A DNA stretch of 64,000 bases from Christensenella sp. UBA5327 (GTDB taxonomy: Bacteria; Bacillota; Clostridia; Christensenellales; Aristaeellaceae): contig DHQX01000015.1 of assembly GCA_002411105.1 (NCBI GenBank), forward strand, positions 24,750-88,749, given 5' to 3'. The notes under the pieces are model-generated. The model ran no database searches. It was given only the letters and a program-made list of their open reading frames with translations, and was not told the origin of the DNA. The position numbers and the translations under genes are program-made. This document shows positions 18,337 to 28,096 of this stretch, piece by piece (within the stretch, counting starts at the first letter, position 1; each line of letters opens with the position of its first letter).

Positions 18337-18831
18337 CTAAATGGTTAGGTCTTGATCTGCCTGGAGATTTGCGGCCTTGTGCACAAGCAAGCCCAGCGCT
18401 TGGCTGAGCAGGGCGATCCCGGAAAACATGAAAACCAGCAGGAGCAGCATCCACAGGTTCCCTCGGCCTAAAACCTGAGCGGAGATGAGTTTGAGCGTGT
18501 ATAAAACGATGGCCAACACCAGGCTCATTCCGGCACTTGCCCATAAAAGACGTGCGATATGAAGCATTGCTTGCGCGTTTTCCTGGCTGAACGAACGATC
18601 AGCCGCGATGCGGCTGCACACCCCCCAAAAACGCCAAAGAGCCAGATAGCATAATACGGCAATTCCCCATACCCAGACGAGCCCCGGCCATTTTAAGTAC
18701 CGAAAGGCTGGGAACGCCAAAGCGCTGGTTTCTGCCAGCCAGGGTGCCGCGATGAAAAAAACCACCACCCCTAAAACAGCTGCCAGAATACAAGCGGACT
18801 TGAGCCAGATGGCGATATGGTGTTGCTGCAT
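18337..18831 (-). CDS. Four-TM membrane protein (DUF2975-like), the usual partner of YozG-type regulators
   Basis: Start chosen at ATG 18831 (MQQHHIAIWLK) behind GAAAGGAGG. Four hydrophobic spans. It ends 9 nt upstream of the HTH gene. Confidence 0.6.
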   Translation of the reverse strand: MQQHHIAIWLKSACILAAVLGVVVFFIAAPWLAETSALAFPAFRYLKWPGLVWVWGIAVLCYLALWRFWGVCSRIAADRSFSQENAQAMLHIARLLWASAGMSLVLAIVLYTLKLISAQVLGRGNLWMLLLLVFMFSGIALLSQALGLLVHKAANLQADQDLTI

Positions 18832-18855
18832 TCTCAAGCCTCCTTTCTGAGCAGC

Positions 18856-18884
18856 AGAATAACACAATTAATATCGTGAGTCAA
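18856..18884 (-). promoter_or_regulatory. Putative promoter of the DUF2975/HTH operon
   Basis: Minus-strand TTGACT (18879-18884), 17-nt spacer, TATTCT (18856-18861). Confidence 0.5.
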
Positions 18885-18892
18885 TAAAAATA

Positions 18893-18907
18893 TATCGTAA
18901 AACGATA
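18893..18907. promoter_or_regulatory. Perfect palindrome TATCGT-AAA-ACGATA (candidate operator)
   Basis: Read directly. A third TATCGT half-site lies at 18872-18877 inside the promoter spacer. Confidence 0.45.
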
Positions 18908-18917
18908 AAAAACTCGG

Positions 18918-18946
18918 TTGATGCGTGGGCTGTTTTGTGTTATTGT
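18918..18946 (+). promoter_or_regulatory. Putative promoter reading toward rsgA
   Basis: TTGATG (18918-18923), 17-nt spacer, TATTGT (18941-18946). Confidence 0.4.
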
Positions 18947-18978
18947 AATGTATATCAAAAAGAAAGGAGCTGTGGACG

Positions 18979-19032
18979 ATGAGGAAGAGAGAGAATGAAA
19001 ATCGGAATCTGTCCGCATGGCTCCCGGCATAG
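18979..19032 (+). other. 17-codon upstream ORF (MRKRENENRNLSAWLPA) with its own Shine-Dalgarno
   Basis: AAAGGAG lies 9 nt before ATG 18979; TAG is at 19030-19032. Coding status is unproven. Confidence 0.25.
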
Positions 19033-19053
19033 CGGTCCTTTAGGCTTTTTGGC

Positions 19054-19086
19054 GTCCGGGAGAGCAAATCGACCGGGTGTTTTTTT
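19054..19086 (+). terminator. Weak terminator-like hairpin plus T7 run in the rsgA 5' region
   Basis: GTCCGG (19054-19059) pairs with CCGGGT (19073-19078), including 2 G-U pairs, then G and TTTTTTT. An alternative 7-bp pairing is CTCCCGG (19021-19027) with CCGGGAG (19056-19062). Confidence 0.3.
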
Positions 19087-19111
19087 GCGTCTGTTAATCA
19101 GAAAGGGAAAA

Positions 19112-20038
19112 ATGGATCAATATCAAGGCATTGTTTGTGCGCAGTATCTGGATGCTTATCGCGTGTATCTGCCCCACCAGGGGAATGAGGTGTCCGCAAG
19201 GCTCAGCGGCAGCCTGAGGCAAAAACTAAAACAAGAAAGAACGCTATTGGTGACAGGGGACAGGGTGGCGCTTGACCGGGAAGGGGATGAAGGTGGCTCA
19301 GCTGTCATCCTGGCGCTTGTCCCCCGGGAGACCCTGCTAAGCCGTGTGGAAGCGGGAATTCGTGGCCAGCGCCAGCCGCTGGCTGCCAATGTGGATTATG
19401 CTTTTATCTGCACTTCCCTGAATGAGGAGTTTAATTTAAGCCGTTTGGACCGGTATCTGGCCATAGCGGACGGCGCTTGCATCCAGCCTGTGCTGCTGAT
19501 GACCAAGGCGGATGCTGTGCAAGATTGGACGCCCTATACCACGCAGATCATGACGCTTCGCCCACCTCGCGCGTTCATCCTTTGCTCCGCGGTGACAGGC
19601 TGTGGCATAGCGGAAATAAAAACGCTGCTTGCAGCGGGGAAAACCGCGGTATTGCTGGGGTCTTCCGGTGTGGGAAAATCATCCCTGGTGAACGCCTTGC
19701 TGGGTGAAACGCGGATGCACACGGCCAGAATCAGCGGCTTTCAGGATAAAGGCCGCCACACCACCACCAGCCGGGAGCTGATTGCGCTGCCTGGCTGCGG
19801 CTATCTGATTGATACGCCCGGGATGCGAGAGCTGAAGCTGGATAACAGCGATGTGGAAGCCAGCTTTGCTGACATCATGGATTTGTCCGTAAACTGTAAA
19901 TTTCGTGATTGCCGACACCTGCATGAACCCGGCTGTGCGGTGAAAGCGGCGGTGGAGAGAGGAGAACTGAATGCAAAACGCCTGAGGAGTTTTCAGAAGC
20001 TGCGGGACGAGGAGGCGTGCAGACGGAAAAGGAGATGA
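19112..20038 (+). CDS. rsgA: Ribosome small-subunit-dependent GTPase A
   Basis: Circularly permuted GTPase motifs LMTKADA ... GSSGVGKSSLVNAL ... DTPG, and C-terminal zinc knuckle CKFRDCRHLHEPGCAV. Start at ATG 19112 behind GAAAGGGA. Confidence 0.85.
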   Translation: MDQYQGIVCAQYLDAYRVYLPHQGNEVSARLSGSLRQKLKQERTLLVTGDRVALDREGDEGGSAVILALVPRETLLSRVEAGIRGQRQPLAANVDYAFICTSLNEEFNLSRLDRYLAIADGACIQPVLLMTKADAVQDWTPYTTQIMTLRPPRAFILCSAVTGCGIAEIKTLLAAGKTAVLLGSSGVGKSSLVNALLGETRMHTARISGFQDKGRHTTTSRELIALPGCGYLIDTPGMRELKLDNSDVEASFADIMDLSVNCKFRDCRHLHEPGCAVKAAVERGELNAKRLRSFQKLRDEEACRRKRR

Positions 20039-20113
20039 ATCATTTTGGGAAAATCAAGGAAAGTGGTATATTGCATGCAGCGGCGAGGCATGAAGACCAT
20101 CGGAGGTGGATGA

Positions 20114-20752
20114 TTGGTTTTTCAGTATGGCAGCGAGGAAATTGATTATTTATCAAGCCGGGACAAAAAGCTCGGTGAAGCAATAGCCCGCATTGGGCAT
20201 ATCACAAGGGCGGCCGAGGCGGATCTGTTTTCCTCTGTCATCCGTCATATCATCGGCCAGCAGATATCCACATCAGCCCAGAGCACGGTCTGGAACCGCC
20301 TGATCAGCCTGGTTGGGACGGTCAACGCCCAGACCCTGCTCGCCCTGAGCCGGGAAGAGCTACAGCGCATCGGCACCAGCTTCAGGAAGGTTGATTATAT
20401 TCTGGATTTTTCCCAGAGGGTGCATCAGGGCACATTTGATGTTGAAGGGCTATGGGATCTGCCGGATGAGCGGGTGATCAAAGAGCTGACAGCGCTAAAG
20501 GGGATAGGGGTGTGGACGGTGGAGATGATCATGATGTTTTGCATGCGCCGCCCTGATGTGGTGAGCTACGGCGATCTGGCCATCCTGCGCGGGATGCGCA
20601 TGCTCTATCGCCATCCGAAAATTGACAGGCAGATGTTTGACAAATACCGCCAAAGATATTCACCCCACGGAACAGTTGCCAGCCTATACTTGTGGGCCAT
20701 TGCGGGCGGGGCACTCTCTGAATTGACAGACCCCGCCCCCAGGAAAAAATAG
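20114..20752 (+). CDS. HhH-GPD DNA glycosylase (AlkA / 3-methyladenine glycosylase II family)
   Basis: IIGQQIS...A, LKGIGVWTVEMIMMF and GDLAILRG motifs. TTG start lies behind GGAGGTG. Confidence 0.75.
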   Translation: MVFQYGSEEIDYLSSRDKKLGEAIARIGHITRAAEADLFSSVIRHIIGQQISTSAQSTVWNRLISLVGTVNAQTLLALSREELQRIGTSFRKVDYILDFSQRVHQGTFDVEGLWDLPDERVIKELTALKGIGVWTVEMIMMFCMRRPDVVSYGDLAILRGMRMLYRHPKIDRQMFDKYRQRYSPHGTVASLYLWAIAGGALSELTDPAPRKK

Positions 20753-20770
20753 CAATCGTCTCCTGCACCC

Positions 20771-23611
20771 TCACTCCGACCGCAGCGCCACCACAGGGTC
20801 CTTCCTGGCGGCCAGGCGGGCAGGAATGCGGCCGGCGATCATGGACAGGACGATGCTGATGGCAATGAGGATGGCGGCGCTGATGAGGGGGAGGACGGCG
20901 TTGACCCCGGTGTCCTTGGTGAGGGCATGGATGAGCAGGTTGATGGGGATGGTGAGCAGCATCGAGGCCGCGACGCCGATAAGCCCGGCTGTGAGGCCGA
21001 TGATGACGGTTTCAGCGGTAAAGACGCGGGAGACATCCTTCTTGGAAGCGCCAATGGCGCGCAGGATGCCGATTTCCTTGGTGCGCTCAAGGACTGAAAT
21101 ATAGGTGATGATGCCAATCATGATGGAGGAAACCACCAGGGACACCGCCACAAAGGCCACCAGCACATAGGTGATGACGTTGACGATGGTGGTGACAGAG
21201 CTGGTGAGCAGGGCCACAAAATCGGTGTATCGGATCTGGTCGCTTTCGGACGCTGTGCTGTTGTATTGGTTGATGGCCTGGGTGAGGGCCTCTTTTGACT
21301 CGAAGCTGTCGGTGTATAAGGAAATTGAGGCGGGGGTGGCCTTGTTGACCACGCCCAGCTGGCGCAGCGTGGCGTCCAGGGTGCCGGCTTCCTGCGCAAT
21401 CACCTCGTCATAAAAGGTGACCAGCTGCGCCTGGGTGGCATCCTGCACAAACAGGTCCAGCATGGCGGCCTTCTGAGTTTCGTTGAGGCCTGAGAGGTTG
21501 CCCTGCATGTAGGCCTGGGTCATGTCAGAAAGCTGTGCCATCATCGCGGGGTCAAGGGAGCCGGGGAGACCGCCCATACCCTGGAAACGCTGGAACAGCG
21601 CCATCATCTGCTCCCGGCTCATTCCCTCCGGGATCATGCCGGAAAGATCCTCGGCATTCGGGGCGGGATCGGTGCTTTCAGGCGCGTTTTCCACCGGGAA
21701 GAGGCGCAGCAGCTGCTCTGACAGAGCTGCCTTCTGGCTGGGCATGAGGCCCCCGATATATTGCCTGGTTTCCTCAGCCTTGGCGGCATCATCGGCGGGG
21801 GAGTAGGCCAGGCCGTTGAACACATTGACCTCCGGGCTGGCGTTTTGCGCCTGCACGACGGGACTGTCATTGGTTTTGGCGATCACCAGGTCAATCAGCG
21901 CACGGGTGTAGCCCAGGCCGCCGTTTTTAAGCGCCGTGGCGGTGCTGCCCGCGCGCAGGATGCCTGATACTGTGAGGGGGATGCCCTCCCGCACCGTTTC
22001 CATCAGGACCGACTGGTCATCCCGCTGATAGACGAAAAGCCCCCGATCATCCTTCAGATAAAACGCGCTTTCAGGCACAGCGTAAAAACGGTGGCCGATG
22101 AGGTCCTCATAGGCCCAGCTGGTCTGGGTCAGGTCCGGGGTGCTGCCAGCCGGGCTATCCTCAAGCGCCCGGTAATCCCGCTGGGGCAGGAGGCCCAGCT
22201 GATAGAGGGTGGCGTCGGAGATCTCATTGCTGTCATCCAGCACCAGCACCACCTCCTGGGCGCTGGTGGGCCAGGCGCCGGCCAATAGCTCGTACTGGGC
22301 CTTGACCGCTTCGCCGGGCAGCCCGTTTTCCTCTGCCGGGGAGAGGGGCGCTGTCGTATCGCCAAAGCTCGCCATGGGGCCAAAGCTGCCGCCAAAGCCG
22401 CTGGAAGCGCTGCCGGCCTGGGCGAGCTCTCCCTCCGGGTCAAAACCGTACAGCGAGAATGGCGCCTCATAGGCGTAGACCACATTTGACAGGTGTGGAG
22501 CGAGAAGGTTGTCAGGCTGATCAAGATAGGCCTTCAGCGCGGTGAGGTTGTTCTGGCTGATGCTGGCATTTATCCCCTGGCGGGACTGGGAGGAACTGGG
22601 GTTGACATAGACCGCGTCCAGGTCATGTTCCCGGTCCTGATGGCCAATATTCTGCATGGTGGTCATCATGTTGGTGAGGCTGATGGCCTGGGGCTCTATC
22701 ACAATGGGGTAGGAGGCCATGGTGTCCCGTTGGATGCGGTTGATGTAGTTGTTGACCCCGGTGGACAATGACAGGATGAGCGCTATGCCGATGATGCCGA
22801 TGGAACCGGCAAAGGCGGTGAGCAGCGTGCGGCCCCGCTTGGTGAGAAGGTTGTTCAGAGAGAGGCTGAGGGCGGTTTTGAAGCCCATGGCGGTGCGCGG
22901 GCGCTTTTCCGGGGCGTCCTCCTTCCCCTCCAGGGGATAGGGGTTAGAGTCGCTCACAATCTGACCATCCTTGAGCCCCACGATGCGGGTGGAGTAACGG
23001 TTTGCCAGCTCCCGGTTGTGGGTCACCATGATGACCAGGCGGTCTTTGGCTACTTCTTTTAGGGTGTCCAGCACCTGCACGCTGGTATCGGAGTCCAGGG
23101 CGCCTGTGGGCTCATCCGCCAGAAGGATGTCCGGGTTGTTCACCAGGGCCCGGGCGATGGCCACCCGCTGCATCTGGCCGCCGGAGAGCTGACCAGGCTT
23201 TTTGTGCAGCTGATCGCCCAAGCCCACGGCCTCCATGGCCTCCTTGGCGCGCTGCCTGCGCTGGGCGCTGTTCACGCCTGAGAGGGTGAGGGCCAGCTCC
23301 ACATTGGCAAGCGCCGTTTGATGGGGGATGAGGTTATAGCTTTGAAACACAAAGCCCACGGAATGGTTGCGGTAGCTGTCCCAGTCCCGGTCGCTGTAAT
23401 GCTTGGTGGAGCGGCCGTCGATGACCAGGTCGCCTGAGGTATACTGGTCAAGCCCGCCCACGATATTCAGCAGGGTGGTTTTCCCACCGCCTGATGGCCC
23501 CAGGACCGAGACAAACTCATTGCGCCTGAAGGCGATGGAGACATCGTTCAAGGCATGGACGGTGATGTCCCCGGTTTGATAAATTTTTGAAACATTGCGC
23601 AGTTCAAGCAT
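20771..23611 (-). CDS. Fused ABC ATPase-FtsX permease (MacB-like) with a very large extracytoplasmic loop
   Basis: N-terminal [24 protein letters not shown] and [12 protein letters not shown]-terminal FtsX signature [19 protein letters not shown]. Start at ATG 23611 ([11 protein letters not shown]) behind AAGGAAAGGG. Confidence 0.85.
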   Translation of the reverse strand: MLELRNVSKIYQTGDITVHALNDVSIAFRRNEFVSVLGPSGGGKTTLLNIVGGLDQYTSGDLVIDGRSTKHYSDRDWDSYRNHSVGFVFQSYNLIPHQTALANVELALTLSGVNSAQRRQRAKEAMEAVGLGDQLHKKPGQLSGGQMQRVAIARALVNNPDILLADEPTGALDSDTSVQVLDTLKEVAKDRLVIMVTHNRELANRYSTRIVGLKDGQIVSDSNPYPLEGKEDAPEKRPRTAMGFKTALSLSLNNLLTKRGRTLLTAFAGSIGIIGIALILSLSTGVNNYINRIQRDTMASYPIVIEPQAISLTNMMTTMQNIGHQDREHDLDAVYVNPSSSQSRQGINASISQNNLTALKAYLDQPDNLLAPHLSNVVYAYEAPFSLYGFDPEGELAQAGSASSGFGGSFGPMASFGDTTAPLSPAEENGLPGEAVKAQYELLAGAWPTSAQEVVLVLDDSNEISDATLYQLGLLPQRDYRALEDSPAGSTPDLTQTSWAYEDLIGHRFYAVPESAFYLKDDRGLFVYQRDDQSVLMETVREGIPLTVSGILRAGSTATALKNGGLGYTRALIDLVIAKTNDSPVVQAQNASPEVNVFNGLAYSPADDAAKAEETRQYIGGLMPSQKAALSEQLLRLFPVENAPESTDPAPNAEDLSGMIPEGMSREQMMALFQRFQGMGGLPGSLDPAMMAQLSDMTQAYMQGNLSGLNETQKAAMLDLFVQDATQAQLVTFYDEVIAQEAGTLDATLRQLGVVNKATPASISLYTDSFESKEALTQAINQYNSTASESDQIRYTDFVALLTSSVTTIVNVITYVLVAFVAVSLVVSSIMIGIITYISVLERTKEIGILRAIGASKKDVSRVFTAETVIIGLTAGLIGVAASMLLTIPINLLIHALTKDTGVNAVLPLISAAILIAISIVLSMIAGRIPARLAARKDPVVALRSE

Positions 23612-23723
23612 CTGGCACACCCTTTCCTTGGCTACAACAAAAAATGCAGGGCTTTTCCCCTGCATAGTGTATACCCTCAAGCGGTAAAAACATCAAGAGA
23701 TCGGTCAACAATTTACCCGGTGT

Positions 23724-25709
23724 TTACAAAGGGAGCGTCTCGCCCACCCGGGATAGGAATGCTTCCTCAGACAGCGTGGGGATGCCCAGGGCCTGGGCCT
23801 TCTGGAGCTTGCTGCCAGGGCTTTCGCCCAGGAGGACAAAGCTGGTCTTGCGGCTGACGGCGCTTGAGACGCTGCCGCCATGGCGCAGGATGATCTCCTC
23901 CGCCTGCTGGCGGGAGAGATGGGGCAGGGTGCCGGTGAGCACCACCGCCTGACCGCTTAAAAGGCCGCCCTCGCTTCCGGGCTGGGTTTCCCGGGGTGCG
24001 ACGCCCGCCGCCAGCAGCGCGTCAACCATGGCGCTGTTCTGCGGGTCAGCGAAGAAATCAACCACCGATGTGCCCACGATCTCGCCCACTGAGGGGATGG
24101 TCACCAGGGACTCCAGCGGTGCCTTGCGCAGGGCCTCCAGGCTACCAAAGGCCTTTGCCAGATCCCGCGCGGTGACGCGGCCGATGTTGGGGATGCCGAT
24201 CGCCACCAGGAAAGCCTCCAGGGCGGGGCCGCGGCTGGCGGCGATGCCGGACAGCAGCTTTTCCGCTCTTTTTTCCTTAAAGCCCGGCAGGGTAAGCAGA
24301 TCCAGCATGGTCAGCCGGTAAAGGTCCTGGGGTTCCTGCACGCCCAGGTGCTCATACATCGCCTCCACGGTTTTTTCGGACAGCTGGTCAATATCCATGG
24401 CCTCTTTTGAAGCATAGTGAGTGAGGCGGGCCACCACCTGGGGCTTGCAGCCGTCCCGGTTGGGGCAAAAGAGATGGGCACCGGTCTCCACCAATGCGGT
24501 GCCGCAGGCGGGGCAATGGGTGGGCTTCTCAATGGGCTTGCCGGTGACGCTGCCCTCCACGTGCCCCAAAATCTCGGGGATCACGTCATTGGAGCGGCGA
24601 ATCCAGACGGTGGCGCCCAGGGTGAGCTGCTTACGCTGTATATCGCCGTAGTTATTGAGCGTGGCCCGCTGCACTGTGACGCCTGAAAAATCAACCGGGT
24701 CCAGATGGGCCAGCGGGGTGAGCTTGCCGCTCCTGCCGGGCTCCCACACCACGTCCATCAGCGTGGTGGTGGCTTCCTCCGCCTGGAACTTGAAGGCCAC
24801 GGCCCAGCGGGGGAATTTGTCTGTATAACCCAGCGCCCGGCGGGTTTCCAGGTCGCTTACTTTGATCACAGCGCCGTCAATCAGGAAATCCAGGCTCTCC
24901 CGCCGCTCTTCCACCAGGCTGATGGCCTTTTCGATCTCCTCCTCATCAGCACCGGAGAAAAGCAGGGGAGAGGTGGGGAAGCCGTTTTCAGCGATGAAGC
25001 GGTACATGCCGGTCTGATCAGTATAGGGAGGGTTTTCCAGGGTGGGCACATCATAAAAGCGCACCTGGAGCCGCCGCTGCCGGGTCACCTCCGGGTCCAG
25101 GCTCCGCAAGCCCCCAGCGGCGGCGTTGCGGGCGTTCTTGAGTTTTTCTGCCGCAGTTTCATTGTATTTGGCCAATTGGGACAGGGGCATATAACATTCC
25201 CCGTGGATTTCCATCAGGCCCTGATAGGGGATGGACAGGGGAACGGCTGGGATGGTCATGGCCTGGGGCAGCACCTCCTCGCCCACGGTGCCGTTGCCCC
25301 GGGTGGCGGCGTTTATTAGCAGCCCCCCCTCATAGGTGAGCACCAGGGTGAGGCCGTCATACTTGTATTCAACTGAAAACTGGAGGGGTGCCAGGTCCGG
25401 TACCCTGGCATGGGCGGTTTTGACCCGCTCAAACCACAGGGAAAGCGCTTCATGGGACTGCACCTTGTCCATGCTCCACAAGCGGCTGAGGTGCCGGTGC
25501 TGGCGGAAGGCGGGCAGCGGGTCGCCCCCTACGCGGCGGGTGGGAGAATCGGGCAGGCGGGTGCCGGTTTCCCGCTCAAGCGCTTTTAGCGCATCATAAA
25601 GCCCATCCCATTCCCGGTCGGTCATGATGGGCTTGTCCAGCACATAATAGTGCTGGCTGGCCTCGTTTAAGCGCGCGACCAGATCGCGCATGGCCGCCAT
25701 GGCATCCAT
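23724..25709 (-). CDS. ligA: NAD-dependent DNA ligase
   Basis: Contains the adenylation-site-lysine region SVEYKYDGL, a Zn finger CPACGTALV...HLFCPN, HhH repeats and a BRCT tail. Start at ATG 25709, 4 nt after the pcrA stop. Confidence 0.9.
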   Translation of the reverse strand: MDAMAAMRDLVARLNEASQHYYVLDKPIMTDREWDGLYDALKALERETGTRLPDSPTRRVGGDPLPAFRQHRHLSRLWSMDKVQSHEALSLWFERVKTAHARVPDLAPLQFSVEYKYDGLTLVLTYEGGLLINAATRGNGTVGEEVLPQAMTIPAVPLSIPYQGLMEIHGECYMPLSQLAKYNETAAEKLKNARNAAAGGLRSLDPEVTRQRRLQVRFYDVPTLENPPYTDQTGMYRFIAENGFPTSPLLFSGADEEEIEKAISLVEERRESLDFLIDGAVIKVSDLETRRALGYTDKFPRWAVAFKFQAEEATTTLMDVVWEPGRSGKLTPLAHLDPVDFSGVTVQRATLNNYGDIQRKQLTLGATVWIRRSNDVIPEILGHVEGSVTGKPIEKPTHCPACGTALVETGAHLFCPNRDGCKPQVVARLTHYASKEAMDIDQLSEKTVEAMYEHLGVQEPQDLYRLTMLDLLTLPGFKEKRAEKLLSGIAASRGPALEAFLVAIGIPNIGRVTARDLAKAFGSLEALRKAPLESLVTIPSVGEIVGTSVVDFFADPQNSAMVDALLAAGVAPRETQPGSEGGLLSGQAVVLTGTLPHLSRQQAEEIILRHGGSVSSAVSRKTSFVLLGESPGSKLQKAQALGIPTLSEEAFLSRVGETLPL

Positions 25710-25713
25710 GGGG

Positions 25714-27972
25714 CTATTCAACCTTGACAATGGGGGCGATGGCGACGGCAAACTCCTTTTCCCCATAGGCGGTGAACTGGATGCTCACCCGGGAATCAGC
25801 ACCGGTGCCGGTGGTCTCCACCACCGTGCCTGAGCCGAACTTCTTGTGCAGCACTTTGTCTCCCTTTTTGAAGATCTCGGTGGGCTCAGGCCGGGGCGCA
25901 AGGGAGGCGATGAGGCCCTTGCGCACGCCGGGAATTTTACCCGGGTCCATGCCCATGCCGGGAATGCCAAAGCCCATCTTGGGGGGCTGCTTGGTGGGCC
26001 TGGGGGGCTCCGGAGCCTTTTTCTCCGGGCCAAAGTGCTTGCGCATGGCGGTGCCCCACTCGTCAGAAATCAGCTCCTTGGGGATTTCCGCCAGGAAGGG
26101 GCTGGGCTGGTTGTGGGCGGCCTGGTTGAAGATGGCACGGTGGCGTGCCCGGGTAAGATAGAGGAACTCCCGCGCCCGGGTGATGCCCACATAGCATAGC
26201 CTGCGCTCTTCCTCAAGGCGCGCTTCGCCTTCTGATTTGGCGCGCATGCTGGGAAGCAGGCCATCCTCAAGCCCCGCAATGAACACCGCCCGGTACTCCA
26301 ACCCCTTGGCGGAGTGGAGGGTCATCAGCGTCACATACTGGGGCGCGTCCTCCTGCATGTCCAGGTCAGTCACCAGAGCCACGTTCTCAAGGTAAGCCTC
26401 AAGGCTGGGATCCTCTGATTTTTTCTCAAACTCGTTGACCGCGCCCAGGAACTCCAGCAGGTTATCCCGCTTGGCCAGCATGTCCTCATCGGCAGACTCG
26501 GCATATTCCTTGATAAGCCCGGTCTCATCCAGCATCAGGGCCACAAACTCGCCCAGGGGCATGGTCTTGCGCTTCTGGTTCAGGCCTTCCATCATGTCCC
26601 GGAAGCTCTCCACGCATTTGCGCGGGCGGGATCCCAGGGTATCCGGCAGGTTGACCAGCGCCTGATAGAGCGGGCTTTGCAGGTTGTCCGCCTGCTCCTC
26701 CAGCATTGCCACCGTGGCGTCACCGATGGCGCGCTTGGGGGTGTTGATGATGCGCTTGAGGGCCACATCATCATCGGGGTTGATCATGAGCCTCAGGTAA
26801 GCCAGGGCATCCTTGATTTCTTTGCGGTCATAAAAGCGGGTGCCGCCATAAACCCGGTAAGGGATGCCGGCGCGCATGAGCATCTCTTCCAGCACGCGGC
26901 TCTGGGCGTGCATGCGGTAGAGCACAGCGATCTGGGCGTAGGGCACCTTGCGTTTGGCATTCAGTCTGCGGATGTGCTCGCAGATCCAGGCGGCCTCCTC
27001 CCGCTCGTCGCCGGCCGCGGCAAAGCGGATCTTGTCGCCCTTGGCGCCCTCGGTCCACAGCTCCTTGTCCATGCGGGTGGCGTTGTGCTTGATGACGCTG
27101 TTGGCGGCAGACAGGATGGTCTGGGTGGAACGGTAGTTTTGCTCCAGCTTCACCACCTTGGCCTCGGGAAAGTCTTTCTGGAACTCCATGATGTTGCGGA
27201 TGTCAGCCCCGCGCCAGCCGTAGATGGACTGGTCATCGTCGCCCACCACGCAGAGGTTGCGGCTCTCCTGGGTGATCAGCTTCACCAGGTGGTACTGGGC
27301 CAGGTTGGTGTCCTGATACTCGTCCACATGCACATACCGGAAGCGCTTGCGGTAGTGGTCCAGCACCGGCGGATGCTCAAGCAGCAGCTCCAGGGTTTTG
27401 TTGAGCAGGTCGTCAAAGTCCAGGGCGTTGGCCTGGCGGAGCCTGGCGTCATAGGCGGAAAACAGGTCGTGGATGGTCTGGGACCGGCGATCCTTGCGGC
27501 TCTGTGCAAACCAGCCGTCGGCGTCCAGAAGCTTATTCTTCGCGTCGCCGATGATGCGCTTCATCTCTTTGACGGCCAGCTGCTTTTCATCAATGTCAAA
27601 GCGCTTGAACAGGTCCTTGAGCACGCGCTGCTGGTCGTCATCGTCATAGATCACAAAGGAGCGCTTGTAGCCCAGCTTTTCAATGTCGCGCCGCAAAATG
27701 CGCACGCAAACCGAGTGGAAGGTGCCGATCCAGGCCTCGTCCGCGCCGCCCTTGGTGAGGTCATTGGCGCGGCGCAGCATCTCCTTGGCCGCCTTGTTGG
27801 TGAAGGTGAGGGCCAGGATATGATAGGCTGAGACGCCGGCGTCCATGAGGCTGGCAATGCGGTAGGTCATCGCCCGGGTCTTGCCGCTGCCGGCACCCGC
27901 CACAATTAGAAGCGGACCGTCATGGGTTTGGACGGCTTCACGCTGTTTTTGGTTAAGGTCGTTTAGGTTCAT
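25714..27972 (-). CDS. pcrA: ATP-dependent DNA helicase PcrA (UvrD family)
   Basis: LNQKQREAV, AGAGSGKT, VDEYQDTN, and a C-terminal GDKVLHKKFGSGTVV Tudor-like tail. Start at ATG 27972 (MNLNDLNQ). Confidence 0.9.
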   Translation of the reverse strand: MNLNDLNQKQREAVQTHDGPLLIVAGAGSGKTRAMTYRIASLMDAGVSAYHILALTFTNKAAKEMLRRANDLTKGGADEAWIGTFHSVCVRILRRDIEKLGYKRSFVIYDDDDQQRVLKDLFKRFDIDEKQLAVKEMKRIIGDAKNKLLDADGWFAQSRKDRRSQTIHDLFSAYDARLRQANALDFDDLLNKTLELLLEHPPVLDHYRKRFRYVHVDEYQDTNLAQYHLVKLITQESRNLCVVGDDDQSIYGWRGADIRNIMEFQKDFPEAKVVKLEQNYRSTQTILSAANSVIKHNATRMDKELWTEGAKGDKIRFAAAGDEREEAAWICEHIRRLNAKRKVPYAQIAVLYRMHAQSRVLEEMLMRAGIPYRVYGGTRFYDRKEIKDALAYLRLMINPDDDVALKRIINTPKRAIGDATVAMLEEQADNLQSPLYQALVNLPDTLGSRPRKCVESFRDMMEGLNQKRKTMPLGEFVALMLDETGLIKEYAESADEDMLAKRDNLLEFLGAVNEFEKKSEDPSLEAYLENVALVTDLDMQEDAPQYVTLMTLHSAKGLEYRAVFIAGLEDGLLPSMRAKSEGEARLEEERRLCYVGITRAREFLYLTRARHRAIFNQAAHNQPSPFLAEIPKELISDEWGTAMRKHFGPEKKAPEPPRPTKQPPKMGFGIPGMGMDPGKIPGVRKGLIASLAPRPEPTEIFKKGDKVLHKKFGSGTVVETTGTGADSRVSIQFTAYGEKEFAVAIAPIVKVE

Positions 27973-28096
27973 ATATCCCCCATTGGGGCCGGCGCAGCCG
28001 GCCGCTTCTCTCTCTGCCCGGTGCCTGTGCGCAACCAAGGCAGATACTAACGCAATTATAACAAAAAACAGGGGTTTTGTACAATCCTGGCTTAGC

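Noticed and set aside
18995-19111. 39-codon N-terminal extension of rsgA.
   Set aside because: The conserved RsgA sequence starts at MDQYQGIV (ATG 19112, behind GAAAGGGA). The extension spans hairpins and a T7 run.
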